NCBI GenBank assembly: GCA_047178865.1
Contig: JBCQSY010000006.1
Span: 6,065 to 70,064 of the forward strand
Direction: 5' to 3'
Length of the DNA stretch: 64,000 nt
Source of the DNA: Rikenellaceae bacterium
Lineage (GTDB): Bacteria > Bacteroidota > Bacteroidia > Bacteroidales > Rikenellaceae
The number at the start of each line of letters is the position of its first letter. Position 1 is the first letter of the stretch. The position numbers were made by a program, and so were the translations under genes. Below are positions 63,781 through 64,000 of this stretch, piece after piece. The notes under the pieces were generated by a model. It made no database searches. It worked only from the letters and a program-made list of their open reading frames with translations, and was not told the origin of the DNA.

Positions 63781-64000
63781 ATGCAAACCAATAAACTACT
63801 AAATCCGACCCTATTTATGGGAGCTATATTGTGTAGCTCTGCCACTTTGGTGGGTAGTGAGAGGAGTAACATTATCTTTATTCTAGTCGACGATTTAGGT
63901 TATGCTGATGTCGGATTCAACGGTTCGAAATATTTCGAGACCCCAATAATCGATAGCCTCGCTGAGCAGAGTGTTATCTTCGAGAACTCATATATGTACC
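63781..64000 (+). CDS. Sulfatase, N-terminal part (truncated by the window edge)
   Basis: Hand translation MQTNKLLNPTLFMGAILCSSATLVGSERSNIIFILVDDLGYADVGFNGSKYFETPIIDSLAEQSVIFENSYMY; TACCTTTG promoter motif just upstream. Confidence 0.88.
   Translation, partial: MQTNKLLNPTLFMGAILCSSATLVGSERSNIIFILVDDLGYADVGFNGSKYFETPIIDSLAEQSVIFENSYMY

Overview
64 kb of core chromosome from a Bacteroidota bacterium. RpoB, RpoC and EF-Tu look Bacteroidales-like, most likely Rikenellaceae/Alistipes-like (inference), and TAnnTTTG promoter motifs recur. Housekeeping content: efp, fabI, the Na+-pumping methylmalonyl-CoA decarboxylase operon, the tRNA-tuf-tRNA(Trp)-secE-nusG-rplKAJL-rpoBC cluster, acpP-fabF-rnc-radC, PPi-PFK, tyrA, waaA, dksA and six tRNAs. 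Accessory content: two tandem sialate O-acetylesterase paralogues plus a Ser-type sulfatase, and a co-directional block at 37.8-50.2 kb. That block holds a porin/imelysin/di-haem protein operon, a perfect 28-bp CGTC-tagged palindrome dimer, a VTC polyphosphate-polymerase/DUF4956/beta-barrel/CotH-kinase operon with an adjacent LytS/LytTR two-component system, and an orphan heparinase II/III-like lipoprotein. I saw no integrase, transposase, CRISPR array or rRNA. The best candidate for an undescribed system is the VTC-DUF4956-barrel-CotH operon. All family assignments come from motif recognition by eye, with no database search. Several starts were moved from the ORF track to a more plausible downstream ATG.
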